Position numbers and translations under genes: made by a program
The notes under the pieces: generated by a model
What the model was told of the DNA's origin: nothing
Seen by the model: only the letters and a program-made list of their open reading frames with translations
The model's database searches: none
Shown here: piece by piece, positions 25,781 through 39,501 of the stretch
How positions within the stretch are numbered: position 1 is the stretch's first letter
Layout of the letters: every line of letters starts with the position of its first letter
Source: Eledone cirrhosa
Lineage: Eukaryota
Length of the DNA stretch: 64,000 nucleotides
Assembly: GCA_964016885.1 (NCBI GenBank)
Contig: OZ024744.1
Location: forward strand, 39,618,001-39,682,000
Direction: 5' to 3'

Positions 25781-27899
25781 AGATGTCAACATGAATGGAC
25801 CTGTTATTTTTATCTAATACATATATTTATATATGTATATATATACATACATATATAAATATATGACAGGCTTCATAGAGTTTACTATATGTTTTCAGTT
25901 TAAAATAAGCACACCATATCCCACTGTGTTGTATATGGCATCTAAAAGAGTTACAGCCAGGAACAGCATCTGGCCATAAAACATTACCTTATAAAGGACT
26001 CCATGACGAGTATGAAGTCTGTCATGAATCCAGCAAGGCTAACTCCCACCCTCCCTGTTTTAGCAGAGAAAATGGCCTTAAAATCACATTGTTTCTTTCT
26101 ATTAATTTCACTCACAAGGCACTGGTGGGTCCAAAGCTACAATAGAAGATACTTGCTGAAATTGTTATACCATTGGATAGAACTTGAAGCCACATTGCAA
26201 AGCAAAATTATTAACCACACAGACATGTCTATGTCAATATTTAAAATATATATTATTTTTCTAATAATATATTAAGAAAACAACAACCCCAGAATACTGA
26301 AATAAATAATTTCACAAATTCTTTAAAGGAGAGATAAATTCCAAACATTCTGACAAGGGGAGATAATTCCATTACATTCAAAATATAACTGTACCAGTTT
26401 TTAGAATAGATACCCAGTAAACCTGCCTGTTTTACCAGGTTTCGGTATATGAAAGGACATCTCACCATAAAAGTCTGCCTAAAAAATCCTGTTCAACCTA
26501 TGCCAGTATGGAAAGGCAGACATATAAGCAATGCAAACTCCTTATATGTCTGCCTTTCCATACTGGCATAGGTTGGACAAACTGCTGTTCCAACTCTCTG
26601 TGCTCTGGGTCCAAATCTTGCCACCCTTCATCTTTTCAGGAGTTGCCAAATAATGTACCAGTCTGTGGTGGCGGATTAGCAAATATGTTAGAACATTGGA
26701 TGGTATATATTGTGGTATCTGTGCCATCTCTGTGTTAAAATCTTACCTTCTTTCACTAGAAAAATGGTAATATGACAAGACTGGTTCCCTATCATTAAAA
26801 TATCCAAGAAACCTTCTATGAAATACACAATCTCATGTGAGACTAGCTAAAGTTTTAACCCTTTTGCGACCATAGGAACCCTTTAAAGTGGTCTGTTTGT
26901 TTTTTTAGAACCAGAGCTGGTTTGGCCAGGTTGGTATCAAAGGATTGAAATCATAAATGCCTGGTGTTGTTTAACTATTTTAACATCAACCTGCCTAATA
27001 CTCATTAATAATTCAATTAGTCAACACCAACATAATATATGCCAAAATATTCAGTTACATATATGTTAATAAACCTTTCCAAAATCTTAAATACATTAAA
27101 AATTCAAACACATGGGCAGTGTATGCATTTAAAATATAATCACCATAGCTGTTAAGATAGCAAGCTGATACAGTTTTCATAATTTAGCGCTAAATGGGTG
27201 GCAGATTGGTAGAAGTATTGGACAAAATACTTTGCAGCATTTAATTATGGCCCTTTACATTCAGAATTCAAATCCTGCTGAGGCCAACTTTCATCTTCCT
27301 AGGGTCGATAAAATCAACTTTACTCTCCTTGTACCTATATCAGAAATCATTATTTAGCTCCTAGTCAACCTTGACAACAGAATATTTAGTGAAGGTGTTT
27401 GAACCATGATCAATATGTCCTCTTCTAAGAGCATGGTTTAAAGAGGACTATATTATTCAATTTTATATGTCCCCTTTTATTATGGCAGGATGTAATTTGA
27501 GAAAGCTTTAGCTGTTATTTCTAATATAGTTAACTGTCTGAGAAAAGAGACAAATAATCTAGGAAGATGTAAAATAAAAATTTATTTCCCCTACTGTCCC
27601 CTTAACTAAAGGAAACCTTTTCTTGATTTGTTAGATTTAACCCTTTATCAAACTGTCTAAAATGGCCCCAGTTCTACGATACAAAACCGTTTTAAAAAAC
27701 CTTAAATCATCATTCTTCAAACATTTATGTTCCAAACAACAACCTCATAATGGGAATGTTAGTTAAACCCTTCCAAATCATTGATTTTTCAAATTATTTG
27801 AAAATCATAGGCAGTGCCTTTAATTAGAAATATGCTAACAAAAGGGTTAGATTTTGAAGAGAAAACAACAAAGTTTATAAGTCAATGAGAGTGTTTCTA

Positions 27900-28220
27900 T
27901 GTACCTGCTAGAAATAGTAGTAAGATTTTAAACTCAAACCCTACCATCTGAAATAAGGAAAGAAAGACACATTGGTAGGAACATGTGATGTATATGGGTG
28001 ATGAATGCTGGGTGAAGAAGTACAAGGAAATATAAGTGGAAGGAAGCTGCAGTAGACGAAGATTGAGAAAATCCTGAGCAGAGATGGTTAGAGTCACTCT
28101 CAAAACACTGAATCTCACAGAGGAAATGAGAAAGGATTGCTATGAGTGGAGGGATGCTGCAGTGGAAAGGACTTGTCTAACCATGCAAGCATGGAGAAAC
28201 GGAGGTAAAATGATAATGAT
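27900..28220 (+). mobile_element. Old RTE 3' fragment
   Basis: Decayed W.GHV..M...WVKK segment and a GGAGGTAAAATGATAATGAT tail. Confidence 0.6.
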
Positions 28221-28825
28221 AGTTGTGTAATTAAGACAGTCCCTTCATAACCACACGGTCTTGGGTTCTATCCCACACAGTGATACTTTAGACATGGTGC
28301 TACTACAGTTACATTATCTAATGTGTTTATCTACGTTAAAGAAAATAGGATGATATTTGAAGAAGACATGGTTGCTGTTTCTAGCGGGTCAAGGAGACCA
28401 TGTACAGGATCCCTCATTAACTGTTGTTTCATCCCAAATTAACCAAAATTGAGCAGACCTATTATCAAAAGCATTCCAGATGTGCCCCCACCCCTCCCTT
28501 TTTTTTTTACTCAAGGACCACATTATCCAATGTCTCCTTTGCTTTTCTTAAGGTGGCAAGAGTGTAATTTGACAATTTTTTCAAGCAATCATCATTTATT
28601 TTCTGTTCACCCTGCTAGCAAGGATTGAGTGGGTTATAACAAACCAAGTCAGTACTTAAGTGGGACTACTGACATCTCAGATGGGCATGGGGCTTACATA
28701 TATAATTTATTGTTGCTCCAGCACTAAGAAGGTTGTCACGTCTTTGACACAATTGAAGAGTCCTATCTATGTTTTTTTTTTGCAAGTTTTCTATGGCCGG
28801 ATGCCCTTCCTATTGCCAACCATAA

Positions 28826-29015
28826 CCCTTTAGTATTTACGTTACTATTATATTTTCATAGTAAAGACTTTATCACACATAATTATCTTACATAATATGG
28901 AATCTAAAAGATCTTGATGATATTATTATTTACTTTGAGAACAATACCTTAATGTCAGTATGGGTGGCCAGTTATGGCCAGTTTGAACAGAAAAAGGTGA
29001 GAGAATGCTAAAGGG
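28826..29015. mobile_element. TTAA-type MITE, 24 bp from the exon 2 donor
   Basis: CCCTTTAGTATT...AATGCTAAAGGG-TTAA. Confidence 0.72.
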
Positions 29016-29039
29016 TTAAAGAAACAAAAGAAAACTTAC

Positions 29040-29095
29040 TAGCTTCAGTTTTTCATTCTCTGCAATTCTTGCTTTTTTGGGTGTAATATATCGTC
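29040..29095 (-). CDS. C19orf53: C19orf53/L10K-like protein, exon 2 (GRYITPKKARIAENEKLKL)
   Basis: TTTTTGCAG acceptor and GTAAGT donor. 56 nt, phase 1 to 0. Matches the family motif GRxIxPKKAR. Confidence 0.9.
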
Positions 29096-30441
29096 CTGCA
29101 AAAATATAAAAAAAGTAATTATATAAATGTTATGTTTCTATAATAAATACATACATTCATTCAGGCCTTTGGCCTCTCCTTGGACAATCTTCCTCTATTT
29201 ATCCTTGTCCAGGACCATCTTCAATTGCCTTGAAGTAGATTCAAATCCCACCTAGTTCTGCAGGAGTTGCATCATTACTCTCTTACAGGGGTTCTACTAA
29301 AGGAATTGCTTGATGATATGCTGAGAGTGTGTCCAATAGAATGCTACTTTCTTCATTTAATTTACATATCAAGCCTGTGTTGCTAGTTTTCTTTGGTTAA
29401 TGGATTCTAAGTATCCTCCTGTGGCAATGATTTTATTCAACAGAGAAAATGTGACTCATGCTTTGCCAATCCTGGCTTTCATGTCAGTATCAGTGCCACC
29501 TCTTTGATTGAAGATGCGGTCCAGGAAACATCATCCAATGAAGGTTAAGAAAAAACAGGATAATGTGAAAGGTTATGTTGCTGTTTCAACAAGGTGAATT
29601 ATGATGGAAGTTTTTTTAAGATAAATATAAACTCTTTAAAATAAACATCCTTGTATCATTTTTTTTTTGTTCTGCGATATACCCCCATTTTAAAAAATTA
29701 CCTGATTTACAATAATCCGGATCAACAGACATCTTGGTATCTAAGAGGTTAAACCCATTCTTTGGCACTGATTCCAAATATACCCTTTATTTTGTGTCAT
29801 CAGTTGTAATTTTGGAAACAAGATATCCTTTATATGCTGATATATCCACCTATGCCTTTAAATTGGGACCCCAATAACACCTTACATTTTGATCCCTGTT
29901 TAGATATAGAATATAGAGAGGACAGGGCAGTGTCTATGGTCTTCACAAGATATGTGACTGAAGAGATCAATGCAATAAGTTTTACTTCTTAAACTGTTGC
30001 AAATCAACTCCTTTTGGAAATAAAACACGAGCAAAGGAGTTCCTGAGAGATAACAGTCTAGGTGTAGTGGATAGTGCAGGACACAACAAGGATGATGAAA
30101 GGAGAGACGAGTGCATCAAGAATGTCTGAATGAAAGTCGCTTCAGTAAGCTCCAAGGAACAGGGACCGTTGTATTTGTGATCACATTCTTTCGGTCACTA
30201 CCTAACATTCATGACCATAGGTAAGGGTTGGCACGATTACTGAATTGAAGATAGTGAGTTTGTCTTTTACATCTACCTTCCCTTTTCTCATTACCAAATG
30301 CTGAAGCTGACACATTACTGCACCAGCTCTTGCAATTCTTGCTCTTAATTCACCCTCCTGCTTTCCCTCACACATGAACGAGGAATTTTTATGGGTGCAG
30401 ATTAAAGAGATACAGTATTGATTTTCATTAAGAAAGGCAAG

Positions 30442-30824
30442 TTTAACAAAGGGTATTTTAAAGCAATAGTTAGAAGGATTATAACAGTTGTTAGATGTAA
30501 GAACAAGAATAAGTAATTTGTCTCTATATATATATAGGTTTACTTCACTTCAATCAAAAAGTACAATAAAACAAGTTACCACGAGTTGCGGAGGTTGACA
30601 ATGTTATTCGTTGTTGGTCCATGAGGTTGTTAGCAAGAGTTGCTCTTAATATATGTTCACTCCACATGGCGTGGGTGAACTAAAGGTGGAGAAGGCAAGG
30701 TTACATCTTCACTCCAGGACGGCTGGCTTTGTGAGAGGACGAGCACTCTCAGTCTCTCAATTTATAGTCCCAAAGGGACGTAACTCTCATTACTTCTGAG
30801 TTCTCAACGCTAGGGGTCACTACA
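30442..30824 (-). repeat. 3' LTR
   Basis: Direct repeat of 35381-35761 with ~4 substitutions and a TA indel. Confidence 0.95.
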
Positions 30825-33800
30825 ATACCCTCCTCCAGACGATAGGCGAACCACCCGAAGGTAATTGTAGCAAACCCACAAGAATGGGATCAAAGCAAAG
30901 GTATGAAACAAAAAAAAAAAAGGCTCCATAGGCCAGTTCAAATGAAAACTGTTTGACAGAGTTTTTGGGGCCAGTGGACTCTTCGACCGGAACGGGTCAT
31001 GGTCTTGTATGTAGGTATGGGGCAGAAGGAGCAGGTGTATGTACAATAGAGAAAGATTGGGGTATTTGTGGCTCAGGTGTATGAGCATCATTGTATGCCC
31101 TTTTTAGTCTATCAACCAAAATTGTCTCTCTGGATCCCTTAATGTCTACTGTGAAATGTTTGTCAGTACGTGCTACCACACGGTAGGGTCCAGAGTACAG
31201 TTGTGTGAGGGGTGGAGTAACCGCGTCATTTCTGATAAAGACGTGTCCACGAGGCAATATCCCTCGGGACTGCAATTTTAATAGTTTGTTTCCTGGAATC
31301 CATAGGCAGTAAGTCCTGAAAATAGGAGCACAAACGAGATACATAGGAAAGGGGATCTTGATTAGCAGGAGCTTTGGAGGCAAGCATTGCCCAGGTAACG
31401 CTAGAGGAGCACCATACAATAATTCAGCCGGAGAGAACCCAAGGTCCTCCTTTATTGAATTCCGAATTCCTAACAACACAATAGGAAGGTACTCGCTCTA
31501 ACGTAGAGAGTCTGGATAGGCACGAAGAGCGGCCTTTAATTGGCGGTGAAAACGCTCCACCATTCCGTTTCAAGCAGGATGGTAAGATGTGGTCCGAATG
31601 CATTGAGCGGCAATAATTTTTGTCAACTCTGAGAAAAGATGTAATTCAAATTGCCTACTACGGTCTGTAGTAATTGTGGTTGGCATGCCATAGCGGGCAA
31701 TCCACCCTGAAACCAGGGCACGCGCTATCGTTTCGGCGGTAATGTCCTTTAAGGGGATAGCTTCAGGCCACCACAAAAAACGATCAATGCAGGTCAAAAG
31801 GTAAGAATATCCACTACTAACTGGCCAAGGTCCAACGATATCGATGTAGATGTGTTGAAAATGAGCATCCGGAGTACTGACAGTACGAAGTGGAGTCCGG
31901 ATGTGTCTGTGGACTTTAGATTTTTGACACTGTATGCAGGAACGGCACCAAGCAATAATTTCTCATATTTGGCCAGAAAAATCTAGCCGTTATGTGCTTT
32001 ACTGTGGCTGAAGATCCTGGGTGAGAAATGCTGTGCAAAGCAAGGAACAGAATTCGACGGTGAGTCTCGGGAACATAAGGTCGTGGTGAATCCGTAGATA
32101 CATCGCAGAGAATCTGCCTGTCGGTAGTCGACAAGGGCAGATATTTCAGGTTGCAAGTCGCAAATTCGGTTGATGAAGTATCCAACGATTTGAGTGCAGG
32201 TTGGTCTGCTGCCAAACGACTTAAATCTGTCTCCTAGGATGTCAAAATCGAGCTGAATGGCAAGCGTGATAAGGCGTCTGCAGCTGTATTTAATGAGCCA
32301 GCAATGTGCTGGATATCATTGGTAAACTGCGAAATGTAATCGAGGTGCCTTGTCTCTCTGGGCGAATATTTGTTGGCTTTAGCTCTCAAAGCGAAGATCA
32401 GAGGTTTGTGGTCAGTGAAAACCGTAAAATTTCTTCCCTCAAGAATATGAGAAAAATGGCTAATAACTCCCAACCAAACATGCTGTAACGAGTTTCTGCC
32501 AGTTTCAGCTTCCTGGAGAAAAATACCAAAGGTTGTTGTTTTTCCGTGTTATACTGTTGTAAAACTGCTCCCACAGCGGTATCAGATGCACCGACACAAA
32601 GCGAAAGCTTGGCCTGTGGTACTGGGTGGGCTAGCAAAGATGAATTAGCAAGTGCTGTCTTGGCAGTCTGGAAATCTTCAAGTTGTGTTTGTGTGAAGGA
32701 AATATCCTCATTCTTCTTACGATGATCTTTAAAAATCTCGGTAAGGGAAAACAGTAATTTTGAACATTGAGGAACAAAACGTCTATAAAAATTGATTAGG
32801 CCTAGGAAGTGACGCAACTAGCGTAGCGAGGTAGGCGGAGGTAAATCCTGTATAGCCTTAACTTGCTGTGGAAGGGGTCAAATACCCTCAGCGTCGATGA
32901 TTTGACCTAAAAAATTCAGTGAAGCGGATCTGGAAACACAGTTTGCGGGATTCACTCGAACGCGGTAATCCTGGAGTCGGCAAAATAAAAGGTTCAGGTG
33001 ATGCATATGCTCTTCTGGAGAGGAACTAACGACGAGAAGATCATCTATATATGCATAAACGAAGTCCAGACCACGAGTGACCTCGTCTATGAACCGCTGA
33101 AAAGTCCTAGCGGCATTCCTGAGTCCAAAAGGCATGTTTAAAAACTCGAAGGATCCGAAAGGAGTCGTAAAAGCTGTTTTCGGGATGTCTTACTTCCTGA
33201 CTGGTATTTGGTGGTAAGCTCGCACTAAATCGAGTTTGGAGAAAATCTTACAACCCTGCAATGAAGATGCGAAATCCTGGAGGTGGGCAATAGGATATCT
33301 ATCCGGGACTGTCATCGCGTTTAATCTCCCATAATCCCCAGTGTGTCTCCAGTCGCCAGAAGTCTTGGGCACCATATGTAACGGGGAAGCCCAAGGACTC
33401 GTAGATGGGTGAATAATGCCCAGCTGCAGCATATGGTCAAACTCGGACCATGCTGCCTTTAACTTGTCCGCCGGTAAACGACGTGGACATGAAAATACTG
33501 GAGCACCGGTTGTGGAAATAAAATGTTCGGTTGAGTGAGTTGACTCGGTAACTCGAACATTTCCATCGATGAGCTCCGGGAACGATTCTAACAACCAATA
33601 GTAGGCGTTTCCAGCGGCAGCGATGAAGAAGGTTGGGTTAACCGTTGAAGCACCGGCTCTTCGGCCACAAATTGAGAAACCGGTGATGTCATCCACTAGA
33701 TGTTGGCCTCGGACATCGACAGTCAAGGAGAAATTGTGAAGGGAATCTGCTCCTAAGATTGGGTATGGCAAGTCAGCGACCGTAAAAATCCATTTAAAAT

Positions 33801-35340
33801 CCCTACGAAGAGTTTGGAATTTGGGGTTTGTCCGTACGGCTTTATAGGCGAGTGGTTAACGACCTGCAGGGGTATCCTTTAGGCAATGGACCGGCCAAAT
33901 ACTACAGGAAGCTCCTGTATCCATGAGGAAGGCTCTTCCAGACAGGAGGTCTTTGATGAAGAAGTGGCAGTTCGGGTGCTTTACGCTGACGTCAACTGCC
34001 GCCCTCAGCGAACCTCGTTGGCATTTCTTGACTTCACAAAAGATCAAGGCTGGTTCACGTTCTCAGCAAAACACTCGTGGTACCAGCATAAAGATGTAGC
34101 TGGTGACCTGGGGCTGTGTCTGAAAGAGGTAGATCTACTGTGGCTGCACGAGCGCGAACAAACATTACCAGAGGCCTTCAGCTTCTGTAGCTCCAGGGTG
34201 AGTTCCAGAATAGCTTTTTGCATAGACATTATAGGTGCGCCGTCTGCCTGAGTTGCCGCACAGGTGGCATGGCCAGGTGTGGCCCAAGCTGGATGAGAAA
34301 CAGCGGCAAGGGCCTCACTACCTCCAGCACCCGTGACCTCAAAAACTTTGTCCGCAGAGGCGGCCAGTTGGTCCACAGAACATGTATCCCTAATGGGGGC
34401 CAAAATTGCTTAAACGTTGGTCGGTAGCCGTGAGAAAAACAACTGCTTCAATATCGCAGTTTCCGCTACTGACCCTTCTGTTGTCTTTCATTTGCCGTAA
34501 GAAATCCGATGAAGTGCCATCCCCGATATGCTCTAAATGGACCAGAGCTCTAAAGCGTTTCTCGGCGTACTGTGCAGTCCGGCTGAGTATTTCAGCCTTC
34601 AACGACTTGTAAGTAGCGTCAGTTGGTGTCTCCAATACGAGATCCTTAATAGTTGGGAGAAGTGCTGGAGGAATGGCACTAAGGACGAGGTGACGTTGCT
34701 GTGCCTCAGCGATGTTGTTAGCCTCGAAAAATGCTTCCATTTGAGCAAACCATAACTTCACGTCGCCCGTGTAAGTAGGGAGAATAGATTGAACTGCCAT
34801 TGGTGCAATCTCAGTAAGCGGCAAAATGCGTCTCCGTAAAGAAAAATATCTCGAACACAAGGGAAAAAGAAAATAAATCCACTTGTTTTTTTCTGTCTTT
34901 TCTTCAAACAACTGGACAGGAAAAAGAATGTATCCGAAATATTGTGTAAGTGAGCGACTAAGCAAACAATGGCATTATCAATACATCTGCAGAGAACTTA
35001 AAGCAAAAACCAACATGGCGCACAGTTTCATGCAAAAAAAAAACTGTTGAAGAAGAAAGCCGCCATCTTGACATCTTCAAAAATTATGGCAAAAGAAAGG
35101 AAAAAAAAAATATTTACATAATTGTTCTGTACAAAAAGTTTGGTTTTCTCTTGTTGAGATTACGAAGCAAGTGGTGAAGTGTTTGTTGATGAATCGAAAC
35201 ATAAAAGTGAAGTCACTGTAAATATTCCGTAGAATGGAAGTTCGGTGAATGATTAAAAAAAGTGAAGCCTTATCATATCGTAGAATATAGGTGAGAAGTT
35301 TGGTAAGAGAAAGTTGTTGATGTTGGCAAATGAAGCCATC

Positions 35341-35379
35341 ATCAGAAGACTGCATGTTCGAATCACGTCGGGGACACCA
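35341..35379 (-). promoter_or_regulatory. Extended primer-binding site complementary to the tRNA-Trp 3' half
   Basis: Plus strand ATCAGAAGACTGCATGTTCGAATCACGTCGGGGACACCA versus recalled metazoan tRNA-Trp ATCAGAAGGYTGCGTGTTCRAATCACGTCGGGGTCACCA. Confidence 0.8.
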
Positions 35380-35380
35380 A

Positions 35381-35761
35381 TTTAACAAAGGGTATTTTAA
35401 AGCAATAGTTAGAAGGATTATAACAGTTGTTAGATGTAAGAACAAGAATAAGTAATTTGTCTCTATATATATAAGTTTACTTCACTTCAATCAAAAAGTA
35501 CAATAAAACAAGTTACCACGAGTTGCGGAGGTTGACAATGTTATTCGTTGTTGGTCCATGAGGTTGTTAGCGAGAGTTGCTCTTAATATATGTTCACTCC
35601 ACATGGCGTGGGTGAACTAAAGGTGGAGAAGGCAAGGTTACATCTTCACTCCAGGATTGCTGGCTTTGTGAGAGGACGAGCACTCTCAGTCTCTCAATTT
35701 ATAGTCCCAAAGGGACGTAACTCTCATTACTTCTGAGTTCTCAACGCTAGGGGTCACTACA
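35381..35761 (-). repeat. 5' LTR
   Basis: Direct repeat of 30442-30824. Starts TGTAGTG on the minus strand. Confidence 0.95.
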
Positions 35762-36679
35762 CAAGTATTCTTATTTACTATGCTAAAGCATTTGCATTTG
35801 GTCTAAAAGCTAGTTGTATATTGATATATATTATTATTACACATTCTAATTGTTGTTGCATCTCACACCTAAGCAGGTTTAACTGATCTACAAGCTTACA
35901 TCTCGGTTATTTTAATAAGGGCCAGTCCTATTATGCAGAGATTAACTCCCAGTTATGGATGGTACTAATTTTTTCCAAGTTGAACATATGAGCACAATGT
36001 AAAAGAGTCTGGCTCCTTTTTTTTTTTTTAAATATCCACATCCCTATTAAAAATACCAAAACCCACAATTGGGTTTCTTTGGGTAGTGTTAATTATAAGA
36101 CAGCTTAAAAGTGTTTATAGTTTTTATATAGTGCCACAAAGTCTTTATTTTGATTTTTTGGAGCTGGCTTCTCTGTTAGTTCTGCATTTATTTTTACACA
36201 CATCACGGGAATAGATTTCCGTCGGCTTCAACGGTGATTCTCCCAGTTGTCCAGTCAACAGAACAGCCTGATCCTGGACAAGCTTCCAAACTATTTCAGT
36301 CTACCAAATTTCAGATTCCTTTCACATGAAAGTCGTTTAGATCAAGTGATGGTTGTGCTTGAAGCTTTTTTAAGTGAAGAAAGGCCTGGCACTGGACATC
36401 TCTTTCTTTCTCTCTGGAAGAAATCAGCCGTAGTAAGACCTAAAAAAATGGTTAGATACACCATGACGCACCGTGCATCACGGTGGAGTTGAAAAGCAGA
36501 CTCAGAACATGGCGTTGTGTGGGGGTGGCTCGCAGCCCAATGTTCCAGGGGGAGCAAAAGAAGAAGAAGTGAGCTGGAGTCCTATCAAATATGTAGGTTG
36601 TGTCTTAAATTGAAGGTTTAGTAGAAACAATTCATGTATAGTTTTGTACTTTTCTTTTTGTCATTCATATATAAACAAA

Positions 36680-37689
36680 TCTACTATATAAATTGGAAGT
36701 GGTCGGACATTGTATATGTAGGTGTAGTCGGATAAACGTCGAAACGGCTTGGTGGAATGCAGCGAAAATGTACACAGTTATGCAGAATGACCCGAGGAGG
36801 TGTTGGGTCGACTTTCAAGCTACAATCTTCCATGGTTACGGAGAAAATCGATGAAACAGGAATTTCCCATTCAAATTGAACTGAGAGTAATCTGTTAACG
36901 CAAAAGTAAATATTTCGAGAAACGTTGCAACCGAACGAAAACAGGAAGACGATATTTTGCTTCGTGAAGACGTTCCCTGGCTAAAGATAATACGTCGTTA
37001 TGTGGAGCGTGAAGAACAATTTCATGCAAAGACAAGACCAAGTTTATGGTATAAATGGAGTCGTTAGACTAATATTCTATTTAAAATAACAGAATGATTT
37101 CCAGCCCCGGAGTTTAAGAATGATGTAAATAAAATTGAAAACGAAAATGACAGAGGTTATTAAAATAGTAAAAGTAAATAGTGAAGATTTAGGCCAGTAC
37201 ATACGTATGCCCCGACGGATATACACATACATACACACCCGAACGCACGCGCGTATGTATAAACCTTATGCATTTCTACAGTATTTTCACCAAACTTAAG
37301 ACATAGGTTACTTATATATACCGATGGTCATGGGCACTGTCATTTTTCCAGATATTGATTATAGGGGCCCCCGGCAGATAACCACTTTGACCACTTCCTT
37401 GGAGTCGACTGAAGCACTGCAGTGCAATGCAACAAAACGTCATAACTTCTGGAGTTCGCAACCGATTTTCACAAAATTTGACACATGGGTACGTTTGTCC
37501 TACAGATGAATGTGAACTCTTAGAATTGGCACATATTGGGTATGGGGACCCCTGGGGGCAGGAACCCCCTTTTGGAAAAAGACGATGATTTTGTAAAAGT
37601 ATAGTTTTCGAAGCAGCACTGAAGTATTGATATAAATGGTATACACAATTGCTATTTAATATCCGAGCAACGCCGGGTACCTCTGCTAG
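36680..37689 (+). mobile_element. Non-autonomous Helitron
   Basis: 5' A|TCTACTATATAAA and 3' CCGAGCAACGCCGGGTACCTCTGCTAG|T (GC-rich subterminal stem plus CTAG). Inserted between A and T. Confidence 0.72.
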
Positions 37690-37959
37690 TTAAACTATAT
37701 TTTATTTCTGGTAGTTTTGCTGATGTAAACAACATATCAACAACATCAAATAACCAAATGGAATAAATCCTGGTTTAAATCTAAACAAATCTCAACTAGA
37801 CTCATAGCTGTTATAAAATCAAACCATAACTCTTAAATTATGCAAACAAAACTAGTGACTAGCATTTGTGTAAGTTTGGTTACTAGTTTAGTGCACCCTG
37901 ACTTTATTTCCTCATAACTTCTTAATTATTCATATTTTAATGACTTGAAGATATATATA

Positions 37960-38489
37960 CTAGCTGAGGTACCCGGGAATACCCGGGAGCAGGGGGTATT
38001 GCCAGTTCCCATTAAAATGCCCAATACCTCTCAGACCAAAAATAAATATTACAGCAAGCAGAGAATATTAAGTTGATTTATGGAGAACATTTTAAGCACA
38101 CAACACCTGGAGCCAAATTTTGCTCATCAGTTAATCAAAAACCAGCTGACGCTTTGCTCGAGAGATCTGGATAATTTTCTTTAACAAAAAGCCACCCTTA
38201 GCACATAATCTATCTGTGTTTCAAGTTTGAAGGAAATTGGTTGAGAGCTTTAAATGTTATGGCAGAAAATAACATTCATGAGCATTTGCATACAAATGTC
38301 CTAATCATTTTTTAAAAATCGATGCAAACCGGAGATTATCGATTTTTTATAACTTCAAAGTACGTAAGAAATCAAATGGACATGACCCACACACACGTGT
38401 TAAGTTTCAAGATCGGTTTGGTAGTTTTTGAGTTTTATGTTCACAAACAAACCCACAAACAGACAGAAATTGCCATTTATGTATATAGA
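37960..38489 (-). mobile_element. Non-autonomous Helitron
   Basis: Minus strand starts A|TCTATATAC and ends CCCGGGTATTCCCGGGTACCTCAGCTAG|T. Confidence 0.72.
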
Positions 38490-38542
38490 TAGAGGGTTTT
38501 ATCCCCATTAGGGTGTCTTAATATTATTGAAATTTGCTGCAA

Positions 38543-38877
38543 TTTTGTGAATAGGCATTGACCTATGGTTTAAATTTCATATAAATCGAAGAGAAAACAT
38601 TTTCAGTAAATTTCAATATTAAGACACCCGAATGGGTGAAGATTTTGGCCAATAAATGGGACAAGATTTCACAAACTCCTCCTATGGTTTGGGAGATAGA
38701 CCCCCATAACCATATATATTCTGAAACTACATTGCCCAGGGTATTTGGATAAGTATATTTCATTTTAATCAAAGGGTTCTCCGGGGGCACAAAACCCCGG
38801 CTGAAAATTTTTTCCCTTCGATTTATATGAAATTTAATCCATAGGTAAATGACAAGGTATGATGCCTATTCACAAAA
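38543..38877. repeat. Imperfect inverted repeat (~60-70-bp arms), MITE-like
   Basis: TTTGTGAATAGGCAT..CCTATGGTTTAAATTTCATATAAATCGAAG versus CTTCGATTTATATGAAATTTAATCCATAGG..ATGCCTATTCACAAA. Confidence 0.7.
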
Positions 38878-39501
38878 GTTTTGAATTGATATTTTAAAAA
38901 AAATTATTTACAAGAAACAAAATAAGAATAAGATTTAATAATGTAATTTTGATTTGATATATTACAAAAAATGTTTTCCAATTTTTCGTGCATTACATTT
39001 TACATTGAGTAATATTTAAATGTAAATTATATCACTGATTTAAAATCATTTTCTTACAAAAAAAAAATGTGTGAAACGCAGTAAAGCGCGGTTAGTAGTC
39101 AATATATCGATTTACTATGATCAATCAACCCTTTAAATCGATCGGAGAACAATGAAATAATTTAAGAACCTATCTCCGACTTTTGTTTTATTTATAATAC
39201 ACACACACACATATATATATACGTATATAAATGACGCTAGCTAGTAATCTTCGATTGAACCTTATACGATGAAAACCTACTACAAACACTACAGATTCCA
39301 CCGCCTAATTTCGTTGAAACTATCTCTCCAATGCTTTAACTGAGTTCCTACAATGTTATCGGCCCCACCATAAACAGGTGGATATCAGTATAAAATTTAG
39401 TTACATACAAAAACATTATCTTCTACGATGTAATCGTTACATTTTTATAGGTTTTTTTCTAGATCTAATAACTACCAAAATATTAAAAATATCTGTCTTA
39501 C

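Larger units (their letters stand above)
30442..35761 (-). mobile_element. Full-length but decayed CsRN1-clade Gypsy LTR retrotransposon in intron 1
   Basis: LTRs at both ends, TSD CAAG (30438-30441 and 35762-35765), tRNA-Trp PBS, PPT GGAGGAGGGT. Gag (LWFAQME, CWYH), protease MDTGA, RT YIDD, RNase H TDHKPL/ADALSR, integrase with GPY. Many stops and frameshifts. Confidence 0.95.

Noticed and set aside
35341-35379. tRNA-Trp gene
   Set aside because: Only the 3' half is present, it includes CCA, and it abuts an LTR, so it is a PBS.
36247-36557. Possible nested gene in intron 1
   Set aside because: No recognisable domain or splice pattern; probably decayed repeat.
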